The notes under the pieces: generated by a model | What the model was told of the DNA's origin: nothing | Database searches by the model: none | What the model saw: only the letters and a program-made list of their open reading frames with translations | Program-made: the position numbers and the translations under genes | Part shown: positions 1 through 9,987 of the stretch, in pieces | Layout of the letters: every line of letters begins with the position of its first letter | How positions within the stretch are numbered: position 1 is the stretch's first letter | Source of the DNA: Pseudomonadales bacterium | GTDB lineage: Bacteria > Pseudomonadota > Gammaproteobacteria > Pseudomonadales > UBA3067 | DNA: 36,604 nt | Assembly (NCBI GenBank): GCA_016763235.1 | Contig: JAESUE010000379.1 | Span: 1-36,604 of the forward strand | Direction of reading: 5' to 3'

Positions 1-819
1 ATGAACAAAACAACTAAACCTGCCGCTAGGCGTGATCGTAAGAAGGCTGTAAAGCCAGTAACTTCTACAGCGTCTTCTGCCGCTGATAAAGCAATGTTAG
101 CTGTTAGTAAGGTTGCTACTGACCTTGCTGCTCTTAAAAAGAGTAGTGAAGTAGCTAAAAAGGCAGCCATCACTGCAAAAGCAAAAGCAGCAAAATCTGC
201 GAGTAAAATGGATGCGCGTGCTGCAACCAAAGCTGCGAACGAGGTAATTAAACTTGCGACTAAAGCTAAAACTTTTCGCGCTACACTGGCCGATTTGAAA
301 GCTAAGCGGGCTCGCATAAAGGCTGAAGAAGGTTTGGCTAAAGCAGTGGTTGCTGCTGCTGAAAATGTTGTAAAGTATAAAGAAGCACTTAATACAAGAG
401 CCGCTACAGATCTTGCTAAGAAGGTTGCCGCTTACGAGAAGAAATTATCATCAGCGCGTGCTAAGGCCGATGCGATGAAACTGAAGAAGCGTGAAAAGGC
501 AGAAAGCGTGAAGTTGAAAGCAGCTGAAAAAAAGTCAGTGGCTCAACTTAAGAAGTTAGATGCTCCTGCTAAACCAGCCGCTAAAAAGAGTTCTGCTCGT
601 CCAAGCAAAGTACCTGCTCCCAAGGCAGCGGCCCCTAAAGCTAAAGCTGTTGGGCGTGGTCGTCCGCCAAAAGCAGTAGCTAAAACATCCTCTGCTTCTA
701 AGCCTGCTGCAGCCAAAGGTCGTGGTCGTCCGTCAAAGAAGGCAGCAACAGTTACTACTACTGCGAAGCCAGCATCAGATGCACCTCGTCGTAGAGGTCG
801 TCCACCTAAGGCAGTCTAA
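1..819 (+). CDS. Lys/Ala-rich histone H1-like (AlgP-like) nucleoid-associated protein with three C-terminal AT-hook-like motifs; the ATG at position 1 may or may not be the true start because it is at the window edge
   Basis: 272-aa ORF, extremely K/A-rich with AAKP/KPAA-type low complexity. It has GRGRPPK, GRGRPSK and RRGRPPK motifs near the C-terminus and is followed by a strong terminator. Confidence 0.6.
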   Translation: MNKTTKPAARRDRKKAVKPVTSTASSAADKAMLAVSKVATDLAALKKSSEVAKKAAITAKAKAAKSASKMDARAATKAANEVIKLATKAKTFRATLADLKAKRARIKAEEGLAKAVVAAAENVVKYKEALNTRAATDLAKKVAAYEKKLSSARAKADAMKLKKREKAESVKLKAAEKKSVAQLKKLDAPAKPAAKKSSARPSKVPAPKAAAPKAKAVGRGRPPKAVAKTSSASKPAAAKGRGRPSKKAATVTTTAKPASDAPRRRGRPPKAV

Positions 820-854
820 TTCAGCTGTTCTTGGTTTGAATGTTCTTGAAACAT

Positions 855-883
855 AAAAAAAGCGCCATATGGCGCTTTTTTTA
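855..883. terminator. Bidirectional rho-independent terminator between convergent genes
   Basis: A-run, stem AGCGCC (861-866), loop ATAT, stem GGCGCT (871-876), T-run 877-882. Confidence 0.8.
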
Positions 884-910
884 TTTCTGAAAGTCTAATT
901 TTGAAGTCAT

Positions 911-1540
911 TCAAAAATCCTTCGTTACCGTTTGGGAAAAGGTACGAAGCTCAATGGGTGTATTGAGGTTTGTAAAAGAGGCTCTTTCTTTGCTGTAGTT
1001 AACCTCTGCAAGTGATTTGCCTTCAAGCCATCGTTTCATCGACCTTTCACCTGTCAGGTAATAGTTGCGAAGCTCATCTTTTAACTCGGTTTTAATAAGT
1101 AAAAATAAAGGCTGCCGCCTTATTCCATCAAAAGGAACTGCAACCTCTGCATTATTTTGGATTAATCCGTTTAATAGCCTCTGTCCGAGATCTAGTGGGA
1201 TAACCGGGCTGTCACATGGGACAATTAACGTATACGTCGTGTTAACACTTTCCAAACCCGCTAATATCCCTGCCAAAGGGCCATTAAATTCCGGCTTGTT
1301 TTTAGAAATGGTTTTACTGTCAGTGATAACAGGGTGACCAAAGCTTTCATATGTTGCGATATTCCTGTTGCAGCTAATCGTGATTTGTTCGACTTGGGAG
1401 TCAAGCCGATTTATGACGTGTTCAATCAGGCGCTTTTCGTTTAGAAATAGTAAACCTTTGTCGTTCCCTCCCATACGCGACGCTTGCCCGCCGGCCAAGA
1501 TCAAGCCAGTAATTGAATGTTTTGTATCGGTGTTACCCAT
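911..1540 (-). CDS. mobA: Molybdenum cofactor guanylyltransferase MobA
   Basis: LILAGGQASRMGGNDKGL N-terminal signature. The ORF is open to 1561, but the ATG at 1540 is preceded by AAGGAA. Confidence 0.85.
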   Translation of the reverse strand: MGNTDTKHSITGLILAGGQASRMGGNDKGLLFLNEKRLIEHVINRLDSQVEQITISCNRNIATYESFGHPVITDSKTISKNKPEFNGPLAGILAGLESVNTTYTLIVPCDSPVIPLDLGQRLLNGLIQNNAEVAVPFDGIRRQPLFLLIKTELKDELRNYYLTGERSMKRWLEGKSLAEVNYSKERASFTNLNTPIELRTFSQTVTKDF

Positions 1541-1673
1541 GTATATTTCCTTAGCTTGCAACGATTCCTGAGTAAAACCTAGAGTTGGGTAGGCTTCATT
1601 ATATTAAAACAATCTTGGCTGCGGTAATATTGGCCGCATTGACGTTACTTCTTTAATTATAAACATCCATTTT

Positions 1674-2378
1674 ATGCCAAATATTCTTGCACTTGAATGC
1701 GCATCGGACTCTTGCTCTGTTGCGTTATTGCATCATTCGAATCTACTTGAAAAAACATCAGACTCTCCAAAACGGCACAATGAGCTGATACTGCCGATGG
1801 TCGAAGAGCTTCTTGCTGAGGCGCAGCTTACAATACAAGATATTGATGTCTACGCCTTTGGATGCGGCCCTGGTTCATTCACAGGTATTCGTATCGCTGC
1901 GTCCATCGTGCAGGGTTTGGCTTTTTCAAACAGTAAGCCCGTGATTCCTGTATCGTCTCTTGCAAGTTTGGCTCAATCGGCTTATTCGACACAACTATAC
2001 TCCGATGTGGTTACCGCTGTAGATGCTCGAATGGGAGAAATATATTGGGCCCACTATAGGCTCGGTGATAAAAAGACCATGGAATTACTGGGGGCTGAAG
2101 TCTTGTGCAGCCCATCTTCCACTCCACGTATTTCTGAATCAACAACGATCATACCGGGTTCGGTACTTGCTATAGGAAGTGGCTGCCTTTATCAAAATGA
2201 TATTGCCGCAGCAAATCCTGAAATTTCCCATTGGGCTCCCGATATAATGGCAAGCGCGAAAGATGTTATTCAATTAGCGTTGGTTTGTTATGAAAACGGG
2301 GACGTGCGTGCAGCCCATGAAGCAATCCCTGTGTACCTTAGAGAAAAAGTAAATTGGAAAAAGCTGCCGGGACGTTAA
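1674..2378 (+). CDS. tsaB: tRNA t6A37 threonylcarbamoyladenosine biosynthesis protein TsaB (YeaZ)
   Basis: ILALECASDSCSVALL and GPGSFTGIRI motifs; typical length of about 230 aa. Confidence 0.85.
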   Translation: MPNILALECASDSCSVALLHHSNLLEKTSDSPKRHNELILPMVEELLAEAQLTIQDIDVYAFGCGPGSFTGIRIAASIVQGLAFSNSKPVIPVSSLASLAQSAYSTQLYSDVVTAVDARMGEIYWAHYRLGDKKTMELLGAEVLCSPSSTPRISESTTIIPGSVLAIGSGCLYQNDIAAANPEISHWAPDIMASAKDVIQLALVCYENGDVRAAHEAIPVYLREKVNWKKLPGR

Positions 2379-2468
2379 TGTCATCAAAATAGCGGGTGAA
2401 TGTTCTATAGTTCTAGCTTGAATCAATCGTCGCGCTTTTCACCTCCTTTTTATTTCTAGAGAAATTTC

Positions 2469-3269
2469 ATGGATATATTTCATGCCTTGATTTTGGCCTT
2501 AATACAAGGCCTCACCGAGTTTTTGCCCATTTCCAGCTCTGCCCACCTTATATTGCCCTCAAAAGTACTGGGTTGGCCTGACCAAGGTTTGTCTTTTGAT
2601 GTTGCAGTGCATGTGGGTACGTTGGCTGCGGTTATGATGTACTTTAAAAAAGAACTTGTTTCTATGACATCCGGTACGGTGTCCGCTCTTGGTAATAGAA
2701 CGTGGAATAGCGATGCGCGACTTACCTTCGCGGTAATCGTAGGGACTATTCCTGCTGGCTTGGCTGGTCTTATTCTTAATGATTATGTTGATGAATATTT
2801 AAGGTTTACGTGGATTATTGCAACGACCACGATTATTTTTGGCCTTTTACTGTGGTACGCAGATAAAACAGGTGCTTTGTCTAAAAGTGAAGCACAATTT
2901 ACCTGGCAGCTTGCGTTGGTCATTGGCTTGGCTCAAGCTCTTGCGCTTATCCCTGGTACGTCTCGTTCTGGAATTACCATTACTGTCGCGTTGCTGCTTG
3001 GGTTTAGTCGAGAATCTTCTGCCCGATTTTCTTTTTTATTGTCTATTCCCCTCATTCTCGCAGGTGGGGGCTTAAAGGCTTTAGATTTATTGGAGTCTGC
3101 TGTGGCCGTAGATTGGCCGCTTATCATGGTCTCCATGTTAACCTCTGCAGTAGTCGCTTATCTGACAATTAGGATATTTATATCTTTGTTAGATAAGGTT
3201 GGAATGATGCCTTTTGTTATTTACCGGCTTGGGCTAGGTGCGCTGCTTGTGGGCTTTATTTGGCTGTGA
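2469..3269 (+). CDS. uppP: Undecaprenyl-diphosphate phosphatase UppP/BacA
   Basis: Polytopic membrane protein with EFLPISSSAHL and PGTSRSG motifs. Confidence 0.9.
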   Translation: MDIFHALILALIQGLTEFLPISSSAHLILPSKVLGWPDQGLSFDVAVHVGTLAAVMMYFKKELVSMTSGTVSALGNRTWNSDARLTFAVIVGTIPAGLAGLILNDYVDEYLRFTWIIATTTIIFGLLLWYADKTGALSKSEAQFTWQLALVIGLAQALALIPGTSRSGITITVALLLGFSRESSARFSFLLSIPLILAGGGLKALDLLESAVAVDWPLIMVSMLTSAVVAYLTIRIFISLLDKVGMMPFVIYRLGLGALLVGFIWL

Positions 3270-3413
3270 TTGCGGCTATTTATTGACGTAAAGGAGTAAA
3301 TACGCTTTTATGACAGTATGAAATTATCCAGCTGGGTGGTTTTACCTCGCGGCTGTTCTTTAATCGATGTGAAAAACGGGTTGAAAACTTTATTTTCTGT
3401 ACATGGATAAGCA

Positions 3414-3764
3414 GTGCAACTGACTAATTCTCTAACAACGATTTTTCTACCCAAAGCTCGCAGCTCTAATTCTGCGATCCCTTCTGGGAGAAAAGGTGAG
3501 CGTGCGATTGAGAAAGAGTATGTTCGACCTTCTAACGATGAGAGCTACAAAGTGTCTTCGGGTCGACAACCTGAAGTCATTGAAGCTCGGCCGGTAAATT
3601 CTGTAAATCATACTGAAAACGCATCATTCCGCTCGATTTTTAAATTCCAAGACCCCAAAAGCCTGCCTGGGTACGCGAGGGGAGCTGTTTCTACCTACCA
3701 AAGTGTCGAACAGGCGCTGCCATCACAGAAAGTAGAGTTGCTTGGTATCGATATTTTTGCTTAG
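3414..3764 (+). CDS. Hypothetical protein (116 aa, GTG start)
   Basis: Only an open frame in an otherwise empty 760-bp gap. No motif recognised and no internal Met. Coding status uncertain. Confidence 0.35.
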   Translation: MQLTNSLTTIFLPKARSSNSAIPSGRKGERAIEKEYVRPSNDESYKVSSGRQPEVIEARPVNSVNHTENASFRSIFKFQDPKSLPGYARGAVSTYQSVEQALPSQKVELLGIDIFA

Positions 3765-3772
3765 TTTTTTTC

Positions 3773-3918
3773 GTAACTACTCAGCTCAGCTCGCGGCCAA
3801 ATTCGCGCATAACGGCGTTAAAAAATGATCATTTATAGGTACAAACTCATATTTTCCGTCTTGTTCTGCTCAAATTTGAACGCAATCTGAGCAGTTGCAG
3901 GGTTCGCTGAATAGTTGC
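3773..3918 (-). mobile_element. MITE-like palindromic repeat, copy A (146 bp, long subfamily with an 11-nt insertion)
   Basis: Aligns end to end with the reverse complement of copy F (31351-31480). Termini are GTAACTACTCAGC...GCTGAATAGTTGC. Flanking 8-mers are TTTTTTTC (3765-3772) and CTTTTTTC (3919-3926), a 7/8 match. Confidence 0.8.
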
Positions 3919-3926
3919 CTTTTTTC

Positions 3927-3966
3927 TAACTATTCAGCTTGCGCTCAAACTTGAACGCAATCAGAA
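3927..3966 (-). repeat. Truncated MITE-like repeat, copy A' (terminus plus internal fragment)
   Basis: TAACTATTCAGC terminus followed by GCGCTCAAACTTGAACGCAATCAGAA, which matches parts of copy A with a large internal deletion. Confidence 0.6.
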
Positions 3967-4035
3967 TGCTTATAGACTTTGTTAAATAGTGACGTCTTTT
4001 GTTACTGACCCTAATGCCCTTTCCCGGTTTTCTTA

Positions 4036-4839
4036 ATGATTAATGTTGCCATTGATGCAGTCTGTTTGGATGCATATCCCCTTTTATCCGAAAGTTTCGA
4101 AAATTATTCCTTTTTTGTATTCGATAGTCTCAATAATGTAGATCGGGAAAATTACCCCGTAGTGATGTTGTTTTACGAAGGAAAGCTTTCGCTTTCGATG
4201 ATGGATGGTAAGCGGCCCATTTATGTTGATGTGGATTTTTCTGCCGGCCAAAGTGTGTACCGCAATGAAAATAAAAGTGTTAAAAATGAATTGTTGGCCA
4301 AAGCCGTAGGCATTAAATCTAACGAGGCTAGCGGTTTGAAAATCCTCGATGCCACGGCTGGCTTTGGTCGGGATAGTCTTTTGCTCGCTAGCTTTGGTTG
4401 TCAGGTTGTTATGTTGGAGCGCTCGCCTTTAATGGCCGCTTTGCTTTTAGATGGATTGCAACGTGCAAAGAATGAACGCACGCTGCGTGATACTGTCAAA
4501 CGGATGAGCTTACTTCATACCGATGCCTTGGGTATCCTCCAAGTAGCCAGCTTTCCTTCGGTAATGAAAGAGGGTTTTGTTTTTTCCCCTGATGTGATTT
4601 ACCTTGACCCTATGTTTCCGGGGACGAACAAAAGTGCGCAAGTTAAAAAGGATATGCGTATCCTTAGGTGCGCTCTTGGTGAAGAGATGGATGGAGAAGA
4701 ACTCATTTGTCGTGCTATGGCCAGCGGTGTAAAAAGAGTGGTGGTGAAGCGACCCAGAAAAGGCGCAGTGCTTGGCGGTGGTAAGCCCTCTTTTCAGGTG
4801 ATTGGCAAAAGTGCGCGTTTTGATGTTTATTTTCCATAG
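4036..4839 (+). CDS. rsmJ: 16S rRNA (guanine1516-N2)-methyltransferase RsmJ
   Basis: ILDATAGFGRDSLLLASFGC..V.MLERSP SAM-binding region; length and C-terminal KRPRK region typical of YhiQ/RsmJ. Confidence 0.8.
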   Translation: MINVAIDAVCLDAYPLLSESFENYSFFVFDSLNNVDRENYPVVMLFYEGKLSLSMMDGKRPIYVDVDFSAGQSVYRNENKSVKNELLAKAVGIKSNEASGLKILDATAGFGRDSLLLASFGCQVVMLERSPLMAALLLDGLQRAKNERTLRDTVKRMSLLHTDALGILQVASFPSVMKEGFVFSPDVIYLDPMFPGTNKSAQVKKDMRILRCALGEEMDGEELICRAMASGVKRVVVKRPRKGAVLGGGKPSFQVIGKSARFDVYFP

Positions 4840-4930
4840 CAGCTTGTAAGCTTCGTGAATTACCGAAGTTAGGAGATATTTATTCCTTTCGGTTTATAAT
4901 TACTTTTTTTCTGTAAAACGGAACCCATCG

Positions 4931-6844
4931 TTGAGAATCCATCAATTAAGTCAGCGTTTATCAAATCAGATTGCAGCCGGTGAGGTTGTAGAGCGCCCCG
5001 CATCTGTTATCAAAGAGTTATTGGAAAATAGCATCGACGCGGGAGCTAGCCAAATTGATGTTGAAGTAGAGCAAGCCGGCATAAAGCTTATGCGTGTGCG
5101 TGATAATGCTGGCGGTATTTATAAGGATGACCTTGCTTTAGCTCTCTGCCGCCATGCCAGCAGCAAAGGGAGTGAAGTGGAAGATCTAGAGGGAATTAGT
5201 AGCCTGGGTTTTCGTGGTGAAGCGCTGGCCAGTATTAGCTCTGTTTCCCGATTAAGCCTTACTTCCAGTCAAGATGAATCTGGGCAAGGGTGGTCGGTGA
5301 GTGTTGAAGGCAAAGAAATGGAGGCCGAGATTCGGCCCGCCTCTCACGGCAAGGGAACCAGCGTAGAAGTGCGTGACCTTTTTTTTAACACCCCTGCACG
5401 GCGTAAATTTCTGCGCGCTGAAAAAACCGAATTTAATCATATTGAAGAGGCGGTAAAACGTCTTGCGCTTAGGCACTTTAGTGTCGGCTTCCATTTGCGC
5501 CATAATCAGAAAAGCGTATTGAATTTAAAGCCTGCTAGCACTCAGCTCGAAAAGGAGCGTCGTGTCGCCATAATTTGTGGTAGCGAATTAATTAAAAATG
5601 TTGTTGCCGTTGATGTTACCCATAATGATATGCATCTTTATGGGTGGATGGGAGAGCCGAGCTACTCTCGCAGCCAAGCGGTAAATCAATATTTTTACGT
5701 TAATGGGCGGATCGTTAGGGATAAGATAGTGAGTCATGCCGTAAGGCAGGCTTATAAGGACGTTCTATATCAAAACCGTCATCCCGTTTATATTCTTTAT
5801 TTGGATCTTGACCCTCGGGCGGTGGACGTTAATGTTCACCCTACAAAGCATGAGGTGAGGTTTAGAGAGTCCCGCCAAGTTCATGACTTTTTATATCGTA
5901 GTTTACATCGGGTGATTGCAGATATTCGGCCAGGTGATGGGGATATACAAAACGGAAATAGTGTCACCTATACCACGTCTACAGGAAATACCGGGTATCA
6001 AGGTGTTAGCAGTGTTGCCCAAGGCTCGCAGCCTGAGTTAAACGCAACTCCTTCCCAATCAGTGCTGGGTTTGAATTCAGCGGGGTTTCCCGGCGGGCAG
6101 GCTAATGCTGGTGGTTTTTCTTCACCTGGCGCGAGGCAGTATTCAGCACCATCGCAATCGTCCTCGGTGGCCGAGCAGCTCACAAGCTATAAGTCGTTAA
6201 TTTCTTCTCAAGCAGATGGTGCGGATCATTTGTCAGCACCTTCCTCAATGGATAATGAAATGCCGCCCCTTGGCTATGCCATTGCTCAGCTGCATGGGAT
6301 TTATATTCTTGCGCAAAACCGTGAAGGCTTGGTAATTGTTGATATGCATGCGGCGCATGAACGCATTACCTACGAGCGACTGAAGAAAAGTTTTAATTTC
6401 GGGGGGGTTGTTAGCCAACCGTTATTGGTGCCAATAACGGTTCACCTGAGTAAGCGAGAAGTAGAGTGTGTTGATCAATACCAAGAAGTTTTTCACTCAG
6501 TTGGTTTGAAGCTCGAGTCAATGGGGCCTGAGTCCATTGTTATTCGACAGTTGCCCGCATTATTAAGAGATGCCGATACTGAAAGCATGGTTCGGGATAC
6601 CATTGCTGATTTACTAGAGCATGGTGCTAGCACTCGCACAGAAGATTTCATCAATCACTTGCTGGCGACAATGGCATGTTTTGGTTCAGTGCGTGCGAAT
6701 AGACAGCTATCAACTATGGAGATGAATGCTTTGCTGAGAGATATGGAAACAACCGAGCGCAGCGGTCAGTGTAATCATGGTCGCCCCACATGGGTGCAAA
6801 AAACGATTGGCGAGCTAGATAAAATGTTTTTGAGAGGGCAGTAA
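4931..6844 (+). CDS. mutL: DNA mismatch repair protein MutL (TTG start)
   Basis: N-terminal IAAGEVVERPASVIKELLENSIDAGA and GFRGEAL ATPase motifs, disordered linker, C-terminal dimerisation domain. Confidence 0.95.
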   Translation: MRIHQLSQRLSNQIAAGEVVERPASVIKELLENSIDAGASQIDVEVEQAGIKLMRVRDNAGGIYKDDLALALCRHASSKGSEVEDLEGISSLGFRGEALASISSVSRLSLTSSQDESGQGWSVSVEGKEMEAEIRPASHGKGTSVEVRDLFFNTPARRKFLRAEKTEFNHIEEAVKRLALRHFSVGFHLRHNQKSVLNLKPASTQLEKERRVAIICGSELIKNVVAVDVTHNDMHLYGWMGEPSYSRSQAVNQYFYVNGRIVRDKIVSHAVRQAYKDVLYQNRHPVYILYLDLDPRAVDVNVHPTKHEVRFRESRQVHDFLYRSLHRVIADIRPGDGDIQNGNSVTYTTSTGNTGYQGVSSVAQGSQPELNATPSQSVLGLNSAGFPGGQANAGGFSSPGARQYSAPSQSSSVAEQLTSYKSLISSQADGADHLSAPSSMDNEMPPLGYAIAQLHGIYILAQNREGLVIVDMHAAHERITYERLKKSFNFGGVVSQPLLVPITVHLSKREVECVDQYQEVFHSVGLKLESMGPESIVIRQLPALLRDADTESMVRDTIADLLEHGASTRTEDFINHLLATMACFGSVRANRQLSTMEMNALLRDMETTERSGQCNHGRPTWVQKTIGELDKMFLRGQ

Positions 6845-6847
6845 AGA

Positions 6848-7846
6848 TTGTCCTTACAAAAAGAATGCTACGTTTTTAACGGTTCACAAAAACCCGCCGT
6901 TGTTTTTATTATGGGGCCAACCGCCTCGGGTAAAACAGCATTGGCTATGCAGCTGGCGAATGAATTGGCGTGTGAAATCATCAGTGTTGACTCAGCATTG
7001 GTTTACAAAGGGCTTGATATTGGTAGTGCTAAACCAAGCCCTCAGGAGCTGGAAAAAGTACCACATAAACTGATTGATATCCGCGAGCCATGTGATCCAT
7101 ATTCTGCAGCTGATTTTCGTGCAGACGCGTTAGAAGCCATTCAGCATGCACTTGAAAAAGGTCGGCTGCCTGTTTTGGTGGGCGGAACAATGCTTTATTT
7201 TAAAGCGCTCGTTGACGGCTTAGCTGAGCTCCCTCCTGCTGATAAGACAATTAGGGCGACCTTAGCGGAAGATATAAAGGAAAACGGGCTTCACTCTCTT
7301 CATCGTCGCTTAAAGAATATTGACCCGCTTGCCGCTGAACGAATCCATGAAAATGATAGCCAGCGTATCCAAAGAGCCCTAGAGGTATACGAAATTACGG
7401 GGCGAAATTTAACTGAGCTTCAAGAGGAAGGGCGAATACTTGGCGGCAGAGGGAAATGCTTCGAGGATCTTTATGAGCTGAGAGCCATTGCCTTGGCACC
7501 ACAAGATCGCAGTATTCTTCATCAGAGAATTAGAATACGCTTCTTGAAAATGGTCGAGAATGGACTGCTCGAAGAAGTGAAAGCACTACACGAAAAATAC
7601 GGTTACAATGCCGACCTGCCGGCCATGCGTGCTGTGGGTTATCGCCAAGTCTGGAGTTTCTATTCCGGTGAGCTATGCTATGAAGAAATGGTGGAAAAGG
7701 GTATCATTGCGACCCGTCAGCTTGCCAAACGCCAACTTACATGGTTGCGTGCCTGGAAAGGCCTATACTGGTTCGAGGGTGACGAAGAAAATTTACTTGA
7801 AAGGGCGCTTTCGGTACTTCCTCTTCATCGTAAAAATATCAGCTAA
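6848..7846 (+). CDS. miaA: tRNA dimethylallyltransferase MiaA (non-ATG start; exact start uncertain)
   Basis: GPTASGKT P-loop, SVDSALVYKGLDIGSAKP, and the conserved mutL-miaA-hfq order. Confidence 0.9.
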   Translation: MSLQKECYVFNGSQKPAVVFIMGPTASGKTALAMQLANELACEIISVDSALVYKGLDIGSAKPSPQELEKVPHKLIDIREPCDPYSAADFRADALEAIQHALEKGRLPVLVGGTMLYFKALVDGLAELPPADKTIRATLAEDIKENGLHSLHRRLKNIDPLAAERIHENDSQRIQRALEVYEITGRNLTELQEEGRILGGRGKCFEDLYELRAIALAPQDRSILHQRIRIRFLKMVENGLLEEVKALHEKYGYNADLPAMRAVGYRQVWSFYSGELCYEEMVEKGIIATRQLAKRQLTWLRAWKGLYWFEGDEENLLERALSVLPLHRKNIS

Positions 7847-8075
7847 AGAGTTTGAACTGTCGTTAAATTAGGCTGTAATGCTGCTCGAAATTTTATTTTC
7901 GGGCTTTCACCAGTGAGATGTCCATCGAAGGTAGATAAGTGATTTCAATATAAATAAGAAGCAAAGCAGGAAATAAATAATATAATCCACAATTTGCGTT
8001 ATGGCTATCGGTTCTACCTTGGGCCGATGTGGCAAAATGAATTTTTGACCAAAATGAGTTTTACAGGAGCTTTTC

Positions 8076-8327
8076 ATGTCTAAAGGGCATTGCCTTCAGG
8101 ACCCCTTTTTAAATGCGCTACGTAGAGAACGTATTCCCGTATCCATCTTTCTTGTTAATGGTATTAAGTTGCAAGGGCAGGTGGAATCTTTCGATCAGTA
8201 TGTTGTTTTGTTGCGTAACACCGTTAACCAAATGGTATATAAACATGCTATTTCTACGGTTGTTCCAGCACGAAATCCACGGAATATCCAAGAAGATATG
8301 GATACCGATAGCGAGCTGGAAGACTAA
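8076..8327 (+). CDS. hfq: RNA chaperone Hfq
   Basis: [40 protein letters not shown]...[10 protein letters not shown] Sm1/Sm2 motifs. Confidence 0.97.
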   Translation: MSKGHCLQDPFLNALRRERIPVSIFLVNGIKLQGQVESFDQYVVLLRNTVNQMVYKHAISTVVPARNPRNIQEDMDTDSELED

Positions 8328-8383
8328 TTATTTGACTGGTTATTTTGGCGTGGATAAGCGTGTTTCGTTCTGGAGGTCTGTAA

Positions 8384-9685
8384 TTGTTTTTTGAACGACC
8401 AGATTCCGGTGAGCGAGCCCTACTTGTTCACCTGAACATAAAGCAGCGTAAGCTCGAAGAAGACTACGAAGAATTCGAGCTGCTCGCTGAATCAGCAGGT
8501 GTCGAAGCCGTAGAGACCCTTTCCGCAAGCGTTAGCGAACCGGCTCCAAAATATTTTATCGGCTCAGGTAAGGTGGATGAGATTGCAGGGCGCGCCTTGG
8601 AGCTTGAGGTTGACGTTGTTCTTTTTAACTGCTCTTTAACGCCTACTCAGGAAAGAAATTTAGAATCTGCCATCAAGTGTCGTGTTATTGACAGGACATC
8701 ACTGATACTCGATATCTTTGCCCAGCGTGCACGAACCTATGAGGGCAAGCTGCAAGTAGAGCTTGCGCAGCTTAAGCACCTATCTACCCGGCTTGTTAGA
8801 GGTTGGACGCATCTTGAACGGCAGAAAGGCGGTATCGGCTTGCGAGGCCCTGGGGAAACTCAGCTGGAGACAGACCGTCGTTTGTTGCGTCATCGAATAA
8901 AATCTTTGCAGTCTCGCTTGGATAAAGTTCGCAGTCAGCGTAATGAAAGTCGAAAAGCGCGAGAGAAAGCAGAGATTCCAAGCATTGCACTGGTTGGTTA
9001 TACCAATGCAGGCAAATCGACACTTTTTAATTGGCTAACCGAGTCAAATATTTTTGCAGAAGACCTTCTGTTTGCAACACTTGACCCAACGCTCCGCAAA
9101 GTAGTCATTCCTAGTTTTGGTCCAGCAGTTTTGGTTGATACAGTGGGGTTTATCAGAAACCTTCCGCATCACCTTGTGAATGCCTTTCGAGCCACATTAG
9201 AAGAAACCGAAAAAGCAGATCTTTTATTGCATGTGGTTGATTTAGCAAGCGATCATCGTGATGAAGATATGGCACAAGTAGAACAAGTGTTGGCCGAACT
9301 GGATGTTGAAGATACCCCCCGTTTACTCGTGTACAATAAAATAGACCTACTAGAAAGAACTCCTAGAATTGACTTGAATGAAGACGGCAAGCCTTGGCGT
9401 GTCTGGCTCAGTGCTAGAAAAGGGTTGGGTGAAGAAGAGCTCTATAACGCTATTGCAAGCGTGTTATCTGAAGATCGTGTCATCTGCGATATTCGCATTC
9501 AACCCGATATGGCAAAGTTACGTGCCTTGCTTTACGAAAGAAAAGCGGTCGTAGGTGAGCAGGTTTGTGATGACGGCATTAGCAAACTTAGTCTCAATGT
9601 CGGAAAAAAAGAATGGCAGCAGCTTTTAAGGAAAGTAGGGCAGCAGGAAGAGCAGATAGATATAGTTTATACAGAACAGGGATGA
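8384..9685 (+). CDS. hflX: GTPase HflX (TTG start)
   Basis: GYTNAGKSTLFN (G1), DTVGF (G3) and NKID (G4); HflX N-terminal domain; position after hfq. Confidence 0.92.
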   Translation: MFFERPDSGERALLVHLNIKQRKLEEDYEEFELLAESAGVEAVETLSASVSEPAPKYFIGSGKVDEIAGRALELEVDVVLFNCSLTPTQERNLESAIKCRVIDRTSLILDIFAQRARTYEGKLQVELAQLKHLSTRLVRGWTHLERQKGGIGLRGPGETQLETDRRLLRHRIKSLQSRLDKVRSQRNESRKAREKAEIPSIALVGYTNAGKSTLFNWLTESNIFAEDLLFATLDPTLRKVVIPSFGPAVLVDTVGFIRNLPHHLVNAFRATLEETEKADLLLHVVDLASDHRDEDMAQVEQVLAELDVEDTPRLLVYNKIDLLERTPRIDLNEDGKPWRVWLSARKGLGEEELYNAIASVLSEDRVICDIRIQPDMAKLRALLYERKAVVGEQVCDDGISKLSLNVGKKEWQQLLRKVGQQEEQIDIVYTEQG

Positions 9686-9987
9686 CAAATACGGCGGCAG
9701 CCTGTATAACGGCCAATTGCACTTAAGTTTTTTATATATCAGCAATCTAGGGAGCCTCTGAATAAGCCTTGAACAAAAGATCCGAGGAATAAAATATCCA
9801 GCTACTTCACGATAAGGCAATTCGTAATTGCTCACTATTGTGCGCACTTGTATTTGATATTTAATCCCCCAATCTTTTATTCATGATTAATCAGAAACTC
9901 TTCAGATAAAAGTACACGTTTTAACGTGAGGCGTCTTGCTGTAGCCTTAAGAAACATTCTGAGAATACAAAAGAAATAATGGAGATT

